DNA of 64,000 bases from Candidatus Latescibacterota bacterium (GTDB lineage: Bacteria; Latescibacterota; UBA2968; UBA8231), in assembly GCA_965208105.1 (NCBI GenBank), contig OZ242318.1:1088001-1152000 (forward strand). The letters run 5' to 3'. Shown piece after piece: positions 1 through 9,827 of the stretch. A program made the position numbers and the translations under genes. The stretch's first letter is position 1. Each line of letters starts with the position of its first letter. The notes below the pieces were generated by a model. It was given only the letters and a program-made list of their open reading frames with translations, was not told where the DNA came from and made no database searches.

Positions 1-360
1 TTTGGCACCGATACGGACCGCATCATCAGCTGCGGTATCTATCTGGAAGATTCAGATGTGGAGAACGGGTGTTTGCGGGTGGTGCCCGGGAGCCACCGGA
101 TAGGCGAGATCGTCGAGCACCGCAGAGATCCAAGCAGTCATGGAAGCTGGACGGAGGTCGATGAATCGCGGGCAGTGGATCTTGTCATCCCCGCCGGTAC
201 GGTGGTCCTGTTTTCCGCCAATCTGCTGCACGGTGCCTATGACAACCACAGCAATCGCACCCGCTATAGCACCGCATGGCATTATTTGCCCGAGGGACTC
301 AATCCGGAAAAGTATCAAAAGGGAATTTACGAGGACCGGCATGTGGCGAGGAAGTGTTGA
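1..360 (+). CDS. Phytanoyl-CoA dioxygenase (PhyH) family protein, 5' end outside window
   Basis: Frame is open from base 1; ENGCLRVVPGSH, distal His in LLHG and RTR motifs are typical of the PhyH C-terminal half. Confidence 0.8.
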   Translation, partial: FGTDTDRIISCGIYLEDSDVENGCLRVVPGSHRIGEIVEHRRDPSSHGSWTEVDESRAVDLVIPAGTVVLFSANLLHGAYDNHSNRTRYSTAWHYLPEGLNPEKYQKGIYEDRHVARKC

Positions 361-626
361 GGAATTGGGAAGGGGTCTGATTGTGTGTTGAGGGATTGGC
401 CTTTGCGTACGTTCCGTAGATTGCAAAATCCCGTTACAGCAATTGAAACAAACCACCGATTGAAAGATTCAGATAGTGAAGATTTCGGTTGTGGTCGAAG
501 TACCGGCCTGTCACATTGGCCTGCAGGAGAATCCTCGCCCTTCCTTGCCGTACGGGTATACCATACCCCAGTCCCAGTAACGCCCCCAAGCCCATATCGC
601 CGGCTCTCCACCTGACAAATTGCAGA

Positions 627-1535
627 CTACCTCGATCCATCGACATCATACCTCGACACGAAATCCCAGATCAGGCGGCTGGTATCTGAGCCCTCGTAGC
701 TGATATCGAACCAGACATGCCCGCCGTCGAGGACCTTGTAATGCTCAACCGAAGCACCGTTGTCTCCTTCTGAATAGGCATGATGTTCCATGGTTACTCC
801 GCCTTCATTCACACTGCTTACTATCGGGGTAGCGTTGGTATTGTTGAAACTCGTCCAGTAGGCGAGGACATCGTCGATGGACATCAAACCCTTACTTCCC
901 CCCTCGTAGGGGACGACGAAGTCCGACGTGCCGTGGATATTTATCATGGCCGTAGGGTGTGACGGGCTGCAGTGGTCATAAGTCTCTTCCATCATCGTTC
1001 CGGCAACGGAACCTATGGCGGCTATCTTGTCGCTGTGATAGCAGGCAAGGGCGTAGGTGAAGAAGGCTCCGTTGGAATAGCCGCAGGAGTATACCCTGGT
1101 CGGATCGATGCTGTAGTTGGAAGAGATTTCACCGATCAATGATTCCACGAAGCCAAAATCATCGGCATCGCTTTTGTTCTCCTCTGATTCCAGGCCGGCA
1201 TTCCAATGCGGGTCTCCATTCAGCAGGGTGCCTTGCGGATAGGCCAGGATGAAATTCTCCGCGTCCGCCAGAGATCGCATGTCTGCGTATTTCAAATATT
1301 CGCTCGCAACCCCGCCGTATCCGTGAAAGTTGAGCATCAGCGGGACCTTCGCGGTCCCGTCATAGGAGTCAGGCACGTAAAGAATGTATTCCCTTGTGGT
1401 GCCATCATGGGAGAGCGTCCGTGCCAGTAGACCCGCTGTACCTGTATCGGGAGGATCGAGCGACGCGTCGTCATCTCCCGAACAGGAGAAGAAGATTGAC
1501 AATGCAAAAGGGGTGAGAATGGAAAGCTTTCTCAT
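627..1535 (-). CDS. Lipoprotein esterase, PHB depolymerase/LpqC-like alpha/beta hydrolase
   Basis: Lipobox-like FFSC, NFHGYGG, GYSNG nucleophile elbow, HGTSD, GGHVW. Confidence 0.85.
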   Translation of the reverse strand: MRKLSILTPFALSIFFSCSGDDDASLDPPDTGTAGLLARTLSHDGTTREYILYVPDSYDGTAKVPLMLNFHGYGGVASEYLKYADMRSLADAENFILAYPQGTLLNGDPHWNAGLESEENKSDADDFGFVESLIGEISSNYSIDPTRVYSCGYSNGAFFTYALACYHSDKIAAIGSVAGTMMEETYDHCSPSHPTAMINIHGTSDFVVPYEGGSKGLMSIDDVLAYWTSFNNTNATPIVSSVNEGGVTMEHHAYSEGDNGASVEHYKVLDGGHVWFDISYEGSDTSRLIWDFVSRYDVDGSR

Positions 1536-1589
1536 TTACTGCTCGAAAACGCGGCAAAGGCGCCGGCAGAAGGGAGGAGGCCGGCGGAG

Positions 1590-2819
1590 CTAACGCCGAA
1601 CCGTGCCGTCGGCGCGCCTTGCAACCTCGTGGACACCGGAGTCTTCGGCAGGGAACCGGGCGGCCAGGTTCTCGTCGATGTCCACCCCGAGCCCGGGTTT
1701 GCCGTTGGGCCACATGTAGCCGTCCCGCACTTCGGGGGTGCCGGGGAACACTTCCTCCAAGGTGGGATGGGTGTTCAGGTAAACCGATGCCTCCTGAACC
1801 CCGAAATTCCACACGTTCATATCCAGCATGAGATTGGCGGCGTGCCCCACGGGCGAGACGTCGGCGGAGCCGTGCCAGGCAGTGCGGACGTTGAATGCCT
1901 CGCACAGCGCAGCCAGCTTGCGCGCCGGGGTCAGCCCGCCGATGGTGGAAATGTGCAGCCGCAGGAAGTCTATGAGCCGGTCCTTGATAACGGGGACCAC
2001 CTCGTGTGGATTGCTGTAGAGCTCGCCCATGGCCATGGGGGTGCTGGTCTGCTCGCGCACGAGGCGGAGGTAGTCGTTGTCCTCCGGGGCGAATAGGTCC
2101 TCCATGAAATAGGGCTTGTACTGCTCCACGTCTTTGGCCAGCGCGAGACCCTGGATAGGAGGCATGACCGACTTCACGTCGAAGAGTATCTCCGGTTCCG
2201 GGCCGAAGGTGGAGCGGAAGCGGTCGAACACGTCCACGATATTGCGGCAGACCGCCGAGGGCTCGCGGATGCCTCCGCCGCTCATGGAGGCCTTGCCGGT
2301 TATCACCGCCGGTCCGTAGAACTCCTCGTCCCGTTCCGTCATCCCGCTTCCCCATCCGAACTTGATGTGTCGGAAGCCTCGTTCCAGGAGCTCGCGGGTG
2401 TCCTCCTCGTACTGGGCGCGGTCGCGTCCCCGGGGAATCACGTAGACCGCCGCGGCCTCCCTGGACTTGCCGCCGAAGAGCTCGTAGACCGGCATCCCCG
2501 CCGCCTTGCCCTTGATGTCCCACAGGGCCTGGTCCACGCCGCTGATGGCGTTGTTGAGCACGGGGCCGCTGCGCCAGTAGGACGACGCATAGCACGATTG
2601 CCAGATGTCCTCGATCTCGCCCGGGTCCTTGCCCGACAGAAAAGGCTTCAGGTAGTCGTTCACCGCCGCGGCGACCGCCGTTGACCGGGTGCAGAACGAG
2701 GCGCATCCCACTCCGTAGAGCCCCGGCTCGTCGGTTTCCACTTTGACCACCGTGAGGGTGCGCGCTCCGGGCGGTTGGGTGATGATCGCCCGCACATCGC
2801 GAATCGCGAGTCGGTCCAT
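1590..2819 (-). CDS. Mandelate racemase/enolase-superfamily sugar-acid dehydratase (RspA/ManD-like)
   Basis: SSYWRSGPVLNNAISGVDQALWDIKGK, YFMEDLF, MGEL, AWHG, PGLGVDID; start moved to MDRLAI after an AGGCG RBS-like site. Confidence 0.85.
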   Translation of the reverse strand: MDRLAIRDVRAIITQPPGARTLTVVKVETDEPGLYGVGCASFCTRSTAVAAAVNDYLKPFLSGKDPGEIEDIWQSCYASSYWRSGPVLNNAISGVDQALWDIKGKAAGMPVYELFGGKSREAAAVYVIPRGRDRAQYEEDTRELLERGFRHIKFGWGSGMTERDEEFYGPAVITGKASMSGGGIREPSAVCRNIVDVFDRFRSTFGPEPEILFDVKSVMPPIQGLALAKDVEQYKPYFMEDLFAPEDNDYLRLVREQTSTPMAMGELYSNPHEVVPVIKDRLIDFLRLHISTIGGLTPARKLAALCEAFNVRTAWHGSADVSPVGHAANLMLDMNVWNFGVQEASVYLNTHPTLEEVFPGTPEVRDGYMWPNGKPGLGVDIDENLAARFPAEDSGVHEVARRADGTVRR

Positions 2820-2832
2820 CGCCTCTTTCTCG

Positions 2833-4824
2833 CTACTGGTAGGGCACGGGGATGGCGCCCCCGTGCCAGGGGAAGGCATAGGTCGGCTTGTGGGCGAAGC
2901 GGCGCATGCCCAGGTCCAGCCGCATGGAGGTGCCGGGGGGTAGCTGCACCGCGAAATACTTCGACCCCACCGGGATGGTCTGTTCTTCGTGCGTCAGTTC
3001 GACGAACTCGTGCTCGGCGAAAGCCCCCGCCTGCACGATCAGGTTGCGGGTCTCGCCGGGGTTCAGGTTGACGAGCTGGAGACCTGCGCTGTCGGCTCCC
3101 AGTTTGTCGACGAGGGCAGCCACGTCGGGCGGCATGCCGGGCCGGGTGCGGTCGGCGTCGAAGTAGCGCACGGTGGCGCGCAGCAGCCCTCCGGTATAGA
3201 TCGATTGCGGCGCCCCCATGGTCACCTGCGTCAACCCCTTGGTGTAGACCGTGGTGGGGGGAGAGGGGTTGTCCGCGATCAGGGTCCTGGCATCGCGGTC
3301 CTCGTTCAGGATGGTCTGGAAGTCGGCCTCGGCATTCTGGTACTCGGCCTGCATGATCTTCTCGGGCCAGTCCGGGTTCCTGCCGTCGTAGTACTGGAAG
3401 CGCGCCAGCTCGGTGTCGGCGTAGCTCTTCTCGCCGAGGACGGGCACGTGGTTCCAGTCGCGCACCTTGTCCCCCTCGCGGATCCTGGCGATGAATTCGT
3501 AGTCCTCGGGGGCCATCGATGCGTGGTAGAGGTGGACAAGCTCCTGCAGGCGACACGGAAAGAAGCGGCCCTTCTCATACTCGAAGTCCTCCCTGACGTA
3601 CTCCCACCCGTCCGCACCGTAGCGGGAAGGCAGGAGGAGCTGGCCGTCCTCGCCGGTGATGGCGTTGTCCATGAGCAGCCGGAACTGCGAGCGCAGCAGC
3701 TCCAGGTAGCCGAAGTCGCCGGTGAGCAAGAGGGCGCATTCGGCGGCGATGGTGAGCCCGGAGAACATGATGTAGTGGCCGACGAAGCTGTTCCAGCCGT
3801 AGAGCCCGCCCCACCACAGGCCACGGCGGTTTTCGCCGATCTTGCCCGTGGGTCCCACGTTGTCGGGGAGGACCCCGTTGTTGGCCTTGATGCGCTCCAT
3901 CCATGCCTCGGTGTAGTCGAGCACCCAGCGCTTGTACTTGTCCTCGCCGGTGTAGAGGAAGGCATTGGTGATCAGGGCGGTGGATCCCAGGCTGTGGGGG
4001 ACGTCGCCGTTGAGGACCATGTTGTCGAACAGCTCGAGGATCTCCTGCCGCCGCTCGGGGTCCTCGAACCAGTTTCCCTCGACGTCCGTCACCGGAACCA
4101 CCGGATCGAGAGAGGCGCGCACCTTGTAGGGCCGGTAGCCCTTCTCGTAACCCGACTCCCCTCCCTGCATCCACATGATGACGTTTTCAACCGTGGCGTG
4201 GCGCATGGGTCCGACGCTGGTCACTATGGGGCTGCGAAAGACCTTGTGCCGGGAATCGTAGTTGGGTGCTTCGGGGTCCTCGCCCATGAACATGGCCGCG
4301 AACCGTCGGGCGCGGCGCACGTTTTCCGAGATGGTGGGATCGGCCAGGCCGAAGTGGTAGAAGGCCATGTTGCCCTCGCCCTGGTGGTACCACTCGTTGG
4401 CCCCGGCGGAGGCCAGGTTGTAGTACTCGTGGTGGATCTGGGCCTGGAAGCGGGGGTGGACCCGGCTGACGATGTCGTCGGAAAAGAACCGGGTGGTGGC
4501 GTGCCATTGCTGCAGCCCGAGGTCGAGCACCTTGCGGTCGGCGCCCATGGCGTAGAACAGACCCCAGTTGTAGGCACTCTCGTAGAGGTCGTCGACATCG
4601 TCGGCGTAGTAGAAGGCCCCGCCCTTCTCGGCGTACTTGTCGACCATGGGCTGGACCGCGTCCTCCATCAGCTTCATCAGCCGCCGCTGCAGCAGCGCCC
4701 AGCCGGGGGGCGGAGATTTCCGCCGCGCCCTGACCTGGACCATGCCAGCTAGCGCCCCTGGCCGCGGGGATTTCCCCCCCTCGGCGCCGGTTGCGCCCGC
4801 TGCACTATTCCGATTGGATGCCAT
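2833..4824 (-). CDS. Conserved hypothetical protein (663 aa, Trp/Tyr-rich, possible carbohydrate-active helical fold)
   Basis: Long ORF with natural codon bias, tightly packed between co-directional catabolic genes; no motif I can name. Confidence 0.7.
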   Translation of the reverse strand: MASNRNSAAGATGAEGGKSPRPGALAGMVQVRARRKSPPPGWALLQRRLMKLMEDAVQPMVDKYAEKGGAFYYADDVDDLYESAYNWGLFYAMGADRKVLDLGLQQWHATTRFFSDDIVSRVHPRFQAQIHHEYYNLASAGANEWYHQGEGNMAFYHFGLADPTISENVRRARRFAAMFMGEDPEAPNYDSRHKVFRSPIVTSVGPMRHATVENVIMWMQGGESGYEKGYRPYKVRASLDPVVPVTDVEGNWFEDPERRQEILELFDNMVLNGDVPHSLGSTALITNAFLYTGEDKYKRWVLDYTEAWMERIKANNGVLPDNVGPTGKIGENRRGLWWGGLYGWNSFVGHYIMFSGLTIAAECALLLTGDFGYLELLRSQFRLLMDNAITGEDGQLLLPSRYGADGWEYVREDFEYEKGRFFPCRLQELVHLYHASMAPEDYEFIARIREGDKVRDWNHVPVLGEKSYADTELARFQYYDGRNPDWPEKIMQAEYQNAEADFQTILNEDRDARTLIADNPSPPTTVYTKGLTQVTMGAPQSIYTGGLLRATVRYFDADRTRPGMPPDVAALVDKLGADSAGLQLVNLNPGETRNLIVQAGAFAEHEFVELTHEEQTIPVGSKYFAVQLPPGTSMRLDLGMRRFAHKPTYAFPWHGGAIPVPYQ

Positions 4825-4849
4825 GGTATCCTGACTGGATTACATGCGG

Positions 4850-6439
4850 TCAAACCTGGTAGGCGAAGACCTTGGCCTGGAACATGCGGATCCGGACCGC
4901 CACCATCTCTCCCACCCCGGAAAGGTCGCTGTTTCCGTTCCAGGTGACCGTCCGGTCGAGCGCATCTCCTGTCAGCAGGTCGCATTCATCGAAGGTCAGG
5001 CCGGCGACCGGATCGACGTCGGGGTGGATCCGCGAGGGAATGTTGCGCAGAATCTCGGCCTTGATCCAGCCGCCCGGGCGGCAGCGGTAGTTGAGCCTGA
5101 GCTGACGGGCGGACCTCTCCACGGTGGGCAAGGTAAAGCGTCCCTCCACATCCGCTTCGATGCCGCAGAACCCGTGGGGCCGCCACCGGGCCCATTGCAG
5201 CACCGTCCTGTGCTCTCTCCTGCCGGGCTCGTTGTGCAGCGAGGTGTGCCCTCCGTACAGAGACCCCCAGCGGCCGTCGGGCAATTCCGCGATGCCGCTG
5301 CCCCAGGAATAGACCATGGCCTCGTCGGGATCTCCCGGCCTCCCCACGGGAATGATCGCCTTGCGCTCCGGCCGCTGCCAGATCAAACCGTCGCGGCTGA
5401 CAGCGAGCTGGCTGTCCACGTGGTCGGTGGCGTGATGGTAGGCCTGCACCAGCATGCAGTGCAGGTCGTCCCCGCCCGGATAGGGGAAGTAGTCGGCGCC
5501 GTAGAAGGAGAGGTCGGGCTCGTCCTGGCCGTCGGGAAAGATGAGGAGCTTGGGAGCGGGCCAATGGTTGAAGTCCCTGGTGCGGGTCAGCCCGATGGCG
5601 CGGTGGAAGATGCCGTCCTCGGGAACGCCGCTGCCGATCAGGTCGAACTGTTCCTGGGGGACCCCCTGGATGCGGCAGTAGGCGTAGTAGTAGCCGGATT
5701 TCTCGTCGTACCTGACCGATAGGCCGCCGTCCATGGGATAATCGGCGAGAATCCCGCCGGCCTGCTTCCAGTGAATGCGGTCGGGGGAGACCCACCCGAT
5801 TACCCTGCCCTTGAGAACCAGCCGGGGCCCCTCGAAGGCCGGACCCAGGTATTCCTGATCTGCCCACCACTTATCGACGGATTCATCCTCCACCTCCTCG
5901 CCCTCGTTGGCGACCTCGCTGGTCTCCGAGTTGACCCTGGCCCCCTCGCAACCCATGCCCTTGAAGCGCTCCTCGGGCGGCGCGGTTGGATCCTCGAATA
6001 CCGCTTTGAGCATGTCGCCACCCACGTCGGTAACCAGGTTGTTGTCCTTCGAGCCGTTGCGCTCGATGACGCCCAGGGGCGGCCGGGTCCAGCGGTAAGC
6101 GTCATCGCTTACCGCGTATGCCACGTGCCTCCCCTGGTAGTAGAGCAGGTGGTAGCGGCCATCGTCCTGCCACACCCGCACGGAGTTGCCGACGCCGCCG
6201 ATTTCGGCATCCACCTCGCCCTCGAACTCGAGGGGAGCGGATTTGTCAGCCTCCTCGATCGCCAGACGGACCCCGATGGGGGCATCGTAGAGTTCGAACG
6301 CGCCGCTGCGGCCTGCGGCGCGATGGCCCGGAAACACCTCCGTCAAATCGACCAATGGACGCCACTGCCCCGCGTTCTTCCTGGGCCTGACCCAGTCTCC
6401 GGGGAAATAACCGCGCACATCCTTCCATCCGTTACTCAT
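4850..6439 (-). CDS. Five-bladed beta-propeller glycoside hydrolase-like protein (GH32/43/130-like)
   Basis: Asp-box-like repeats YAVSDDAYRW, WVSPDRIHW, TRTRDFNHW, AVSRDGLIW plus a C-terminal beta-sandwich. Confidence 0.65.
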   Translation of the reverse strand: MSNGWKDVRGYFPGDWVRPRKNAGQWRPLVDLTEVFPGHRAAGRSGAFELYDAPIGVRLAIEEADKSAPLEFEGEVDAEIGGVGNSVRVWQDDGRYHLLYYQGRHVAYAVSDDAYRWTRPPLGVIERNGSKDNNLVTDVGGDMLKAVFEDPTAPPEERFKGMGCEGARVNSETSEVANEGEEVEDESVDKWWADQEYLGPAFEGPRLVLKGRVIGWVSPDRIHWKQAGGILADYPMDGGLSVRYDEKSGYYYAYCRIQGVPQEQFDLIGSGVPEDGIFHRAIGLTRTRDFNHWPAPKLLIFPDGQDEPDLSFYGADYFPYPGGDDLHCMLVQAYHHATDHVDSQLAVSRDGLIWQRPERKAIIPVGRPGDPDEAMVYSWGSGIAELPDGRWGSLYGGHTSLHNEPGRREHRTVLQWARWRPHGFCGIEADVEGRFTLPTVERSARQLRLNYRCRPGGWIKAEILRNIPSRIHPDVDPVAGLTFDECDLLTGDALDRTVTWNGNSDLSGVGEMVAVRIRMFQAKVFAYQV

Positions 6440-6526
6440 CGCAATCCTCTTTCTTCGATTGGTGCGGTCCGTCTCGATCCAGGACCACGTCCAGTGATAG
6501 CGCTGGTGCTCCGGCAGGGGTCTTAC

Positions 6527-7429
6527 TCAACTGTCTACTCTCTCCAGGATGGACCAGTCGAAATCCACCATCTCCAGGTTCAGGCCGCGCCAATAGTACT
6601 TGTACTCGTCCGAGTCCCAGCCCTCGTAGGCCTCGTCCCAGGTCATCAGGTTCACGTGGGGCTTGAGCGACATCTCCTCCACCGGCAGCGACATGGGCTG
6701 GTAGCGGTAGTCGCACGACAGCCGCACCCTGTCCCGGGTCAGATTGGGCAGCGACCGGTGCACCGTATGGCTGTGGAAGAGGATGGCGTCGCCGGCCTCC
6801 AGGTCCCCCTCGACCCAGTCGTGGTCCACCTCGTCGAGGACCACGCTGCGGTGGCCGGCTCCGGAGGCGCTTCTCACCGGCAGAATGTCCAGCTTGTGGG
6901 TGCCGCGCATCAGGCTCAGGCCGCCCAAATCCCTGGGGCAATCCCCAAGGGGCAACCAGCAGGTATAGGTGGTCCGCGTCCCCTGGATGTAGATGTAGTC
7001 CTGGTGGGGCGGCGTGGGAGCGGCCTCGCGGTGCGGCGCCATCAGCCGGGCTATATTGCGCGGGTGGACGAAGGCTGGCTCGCCGAAGATCTTCTCGCAG
7101 AGGCCGACGATGGCGGGGTGGTGCGCCAGTTGATGGAACTCCTTCATCCGGTAGACGTCCTGGTAGGCCCTCTTGTCGGCGCCGTTGGAAGCGTAGCTCT
7201 CGACCTCGTCGATCGACGGACTGACGATGCCCTCCTCGGGGTCCGTTCCGGGCAGGAGCCACCCCCTTGCATCGAACATGCGCAGGATGAGGCGGCGCAG
7301 CTCGAGCACTTCATCCTTGGGAACGAGGCCGCGGAAAAGGCCGAAACCGTCCTCGTCCATCCTCCGCCTGAGGGCATCCACATCCTCGGCCAGCGCGCTC
7401 ATGTCCTGGAATTCAGCGACCTTTGCCAA
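6527..7429 (-). CDS. Phytanoyl-CoA dioxygenase (PhyH) family Fe(II)/2OG oxygenase
   Basis: TPPHQD (HxD), WLPLGD, HSHTVH, RLSCDYRY. Confidence 0.88.
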   Translation of the reverse strand: MAKVAEFQDMSALAEDVDALRRRMDEDGFGLFRGLVPKDEVLELRRLILRMFDARGWLLPGTDPEEGIVSPSIDEVESYASNGADKRAYQDVYRMKEFHQLAHHPAIVGLCEKIFGEPAFVHPRNIARLMAPHREAAPTPPHQDYIYIQGTRTTYTCWLPLGDCPRDLGGLSLMRGTHKLDILPVRSASGAGHRSVVLDEVDHDWVEGDLEAGDAILFHSHTVHRSLPNLTRDRVRLSCDYRYQPMSLPVEEMSLKPHVNLMTWDEAYEGWDSDEYKYYWRGLNLEMVDFDWSILERVDS

Positions 7430-7447
7430 CCCGTCCTCCTTTCGGCA

Positions 7448-8836
7448 TCAGAACTGCTCCTCCGGCTCCATCATGTATTCAGGGGCCCTGTTCTCGAAGG
7501 TGGCGCATTCCCCGTTCCATGCCATGTCCACCGACCCGACCGGACCGTTGCGCTGCTTGCCGATGATGATTTCGGCATGGCCTTCCATACTGTCGCCGTC
7601 AGGATCTTTCATGCCGTAGACCTCGGGCCGGTAGATGAACATCACCAGGTCGGCGTCCTGCTCGATGGACCCTGACTCGCGCAGGTCCGAAAGCTGCGGG
7701 CGGCGGTCGGTGCGGCTCTCCACGGCGCGCGACAACTGGGCCATGGCCAGCACCGGGAGGTCCAGCTCCTTGGCCAGGGCCTTGAGCCCCCGGGAGATGT
7801 GCGAGATTTCCTGTTCTCGGCTGTTGAACTGCTGATGTCCGCTCATCAGCTGCAGGTAGTCGACCACTATGAGGCCGACCCCGTGCTCGCGCTGCAGGCG
7901 GCGGGCCTTGGCGCGGGCCTCCAGGACGGTGATACCGGGAGTGTCGTCGATGTAGATGGGGGCCTGCGCCAGCCGGGTGATATTCCGGGTCAGGTGCACC
8001 CAGTCGTCTTCGCGCAGGCGGCCGGTGCGCAGCTTGTGCAGGTCCAGCCGGGTCTCGATGCACAGGAGGCGTTGAGCCAACTGCGTGCTGGACATCTCCA
8101 GGCTGAATATGCCCACCCCCACCCCCGCCTCCATGGCCGCGTTCCGCGCCAGGCACAGGCCCAGGGCGGTCTTGCCGACGCTGGGGCGGGCGGCCACGAT
8201 CACCAGGTCGCCGCTCTGGAACCCGGAGGTCAGGTCGTTGAGGTCGCGGTAGCCGGTCTCCACGCCTGAAACGGTGCTGGCCTGGCTGTGGACCCGCTCG
8301 ATCTGCTCGACGGTCTCCCCCAGGACGCTGTCGAGCTTGGCAAAACCCTGGCTCAGCCCCCTTTCCGACAGGGCGAAGATCCGCTGCGCCGCCCAGTCGA
8401 TCACCTCGTGGATATCGCGGTGGTCCTCGTAGGCCTGCTCGCTCATCTGGGCCGAGGTCTCGATCAGCTTGCGACCGAGAGCCTTTTCCAGCACGATCCT
8501 GGCGTGGTGGTCGATGTTGGCGGCGCTCGCCACCTGCGTGGCCAGGGTCGCCAGGTAGACCCTGTCGCCCACCTCCTCCAGTTGACCGCGCTTTCTCAGC
8601 TCCTCCGCCAGGGTGAGCTGATCGACCGCTTCGTTGCCTTCGTAGAGCGCGAGGATGGCCTCGTAGATCTGGTTGTGGGACTTGTGGTAGAAACAGTCGG
8701 TGTCGAGGATCTCGATGGCGCGTCCGATGGCGCGCCGGTCGATGAGCATGGCGCCCAGAACGGCCTGCTCCACCTCCAGGGCCTGTGGCGGCAGGCGCTC
8801 CACGTTCGCTCCCCGGTCGAGGTGGGCCTGGCTCAT
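7448..8836 (-). CDS. dnaB: Replicative DNA helicase DnaB
   Basis: LPPQALEVEQAVLG, AARPSVGKT, VDYLQLM, QLSR, LRESGSIEQDAD, KQRNGP. Confidence 0.98.
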   Translation of the reverse strand: MSQAHLDRGANVERLPPQALEVEQAVLGAMLIDRRAIGRAIEILDTDCFYHKSHNQIYEAILALYEGNEAVDQLTLAEELRKRGQLEEVGDRVYLATLATQVASAANIDHHARIVLEKALGRKLIETSAQMSEQAYEDHRDIHEVIDWAAQRIFALSERGLSQGFAKLDSVLGETVEQIERVHSQASTVSGVETGYRDLNDLTSGFQSGDLVIVAARPSVGKTALGLCLARNAAMEAGVGVGIFSLEMSSTQLAQRLLCIETRLDLHKLRTGRLREDDWVHLTRNITRLAQAPIYIDDTPGITVLEARAKARRLQREHGVGLIVVDYLQLMSGHQQFNSREQEISHISRGLKALAKELDLPVLAMAQLSRAVESRTDRRPQLSDLRESGSIEQDADLVMFIYRPEVYGMKDPDGDSMEGHAEIIIGKQRNGPVGSVDMAWNGECATFENRAPEYMMEPEEQF

Positions 8837-8872
8837 TTCATCAACCCTTCAAGGTATTCGCGGGACGGCACG

Positions 8873-9039
8873 CTAGTGCCTGCTTGCGTAATTAAGCGTA
8901 CGAACGAGGGCGCAGAAGCGCCCGGCTCGCAAGGCGCCTGAGCGAGTCTTACCTGGAGTGTACGGCGAGGGAGGGCAACGCCGCGAGCCGGGATGCAGCG
9001 GCGGCCGAATTCACGCGGAATTGCGCAAGCAGGCACTAG
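8873..9039. mobile_element. MITE copy 1 (167 bp including both CTAG)
   Basis: Terminal inverted repeats CTAGTGCCTGCTTGCG(T/C)AATT; internal palindrome CCCGGCTCGC...GCGAGCCGGG; differs from 16444-16610 at 3 positions; sits on the udg TAG stop. Confidence 0.9.
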
Positions 9040-9752
9040 AGCTCCAGGCCGTCGTACTGGAGCCGCAACTGCTTCATGTCTTCCCAGGCGCCGCGCTTCC
9101 ATCCTGGATTGCGCAGCAGGGCGGCGGGATGATAGGTGACGACGAGAGGAATGCCCTCGTACTGGTGCAGGTGTCCGCGCAGCTCCCTCATGGGGGCGCC
9201 TGTCTGCAGCAGGGCCTGGGAGGCGATGCGGCCGAGGGCGCAGATGACCCGCGGCTGGATGATGCTGATCTGGCGCTTCAGGTAGGGGGCGCAGGATTCG
9301 ATCTCGTCGGGCTGCGGGTCGCGGTTTTTGGGCGGATGGCACTTGATCATATTGCAGATGTAGACGTCCTCGCGCCGCATCCTGATGGCCTCGATCATCC
9401 GGGTGAGCAGCTGGCCGGCCGCGCCCACGAAGGGCAGTCCCTGGCGGTCTTCCTCGAAGCCCGGAGCCTCGCCGACGAAGACGATGCCGGCTGCAGGATT
9501 GCCCGAGCCGAAGACGAAGCGGCGCCGGGTCTTTCCAAGGCGGCATAGGGTGCATTCGCAGATCTCGCGGCAGAAGGATTCGAGCTCCCGGCCGGATGCC
9601 TTCTCGGCTTCCTGGATCCTCCTGCCCTCCGCCTCCAGCAGGGATGCGGGAGCTATGAAGCGATCGCCTTCGAAGGCCGACAGGTCTTCGAGGTAGCGCC
9701 GAATCTGGGCGGCGATCTCGGCGGCTTCTTTGCGGCCGGCCACGGGGCTCAC
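9036..9752 (-). CDS. Uracil-DNA glycosylase, family 4 (Fe-S type)
   Basis: CTLCRL, VGEAPG, PFVGAAG, KCHPPKNR, TYHPAALLR. Confidence 0.95.
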   Translation of the reverse strand: MSPVAGRKEAAEIAAQIRRYLEDLSAFEGDRFIAPASLLEAEGRRIQEAEKASGRELESFCREICECTLCRLGKTRRRFVFGSGNPAAGIVFVGEAPGFEEDRQGLPFVGAAGQLLTRMIEAIRMRREDVYICNMIKCHPPKNRDPQPDEIESCAPYLKRQISIIQPRVICALGRIASQALLQTGAPMRELRGHLHQYEGIPLVVTYHPAALLRNPGWKRGAWEDMKQLRLQYDGLEL

Positions 9753-9827
9753 CGGCCTTGCGCCCGGGAGCGGGTGAAGATGCCTTTCGCGCCCATCTCT
9801 GTCAAGCCTCTCCGAACCGGTCCCCGG

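Noticed and set aside
420-470. ATTGAAAC and ATTGAAAG resembling CRISPR repeat ends
   Set aside because: No repeat body or periodicity
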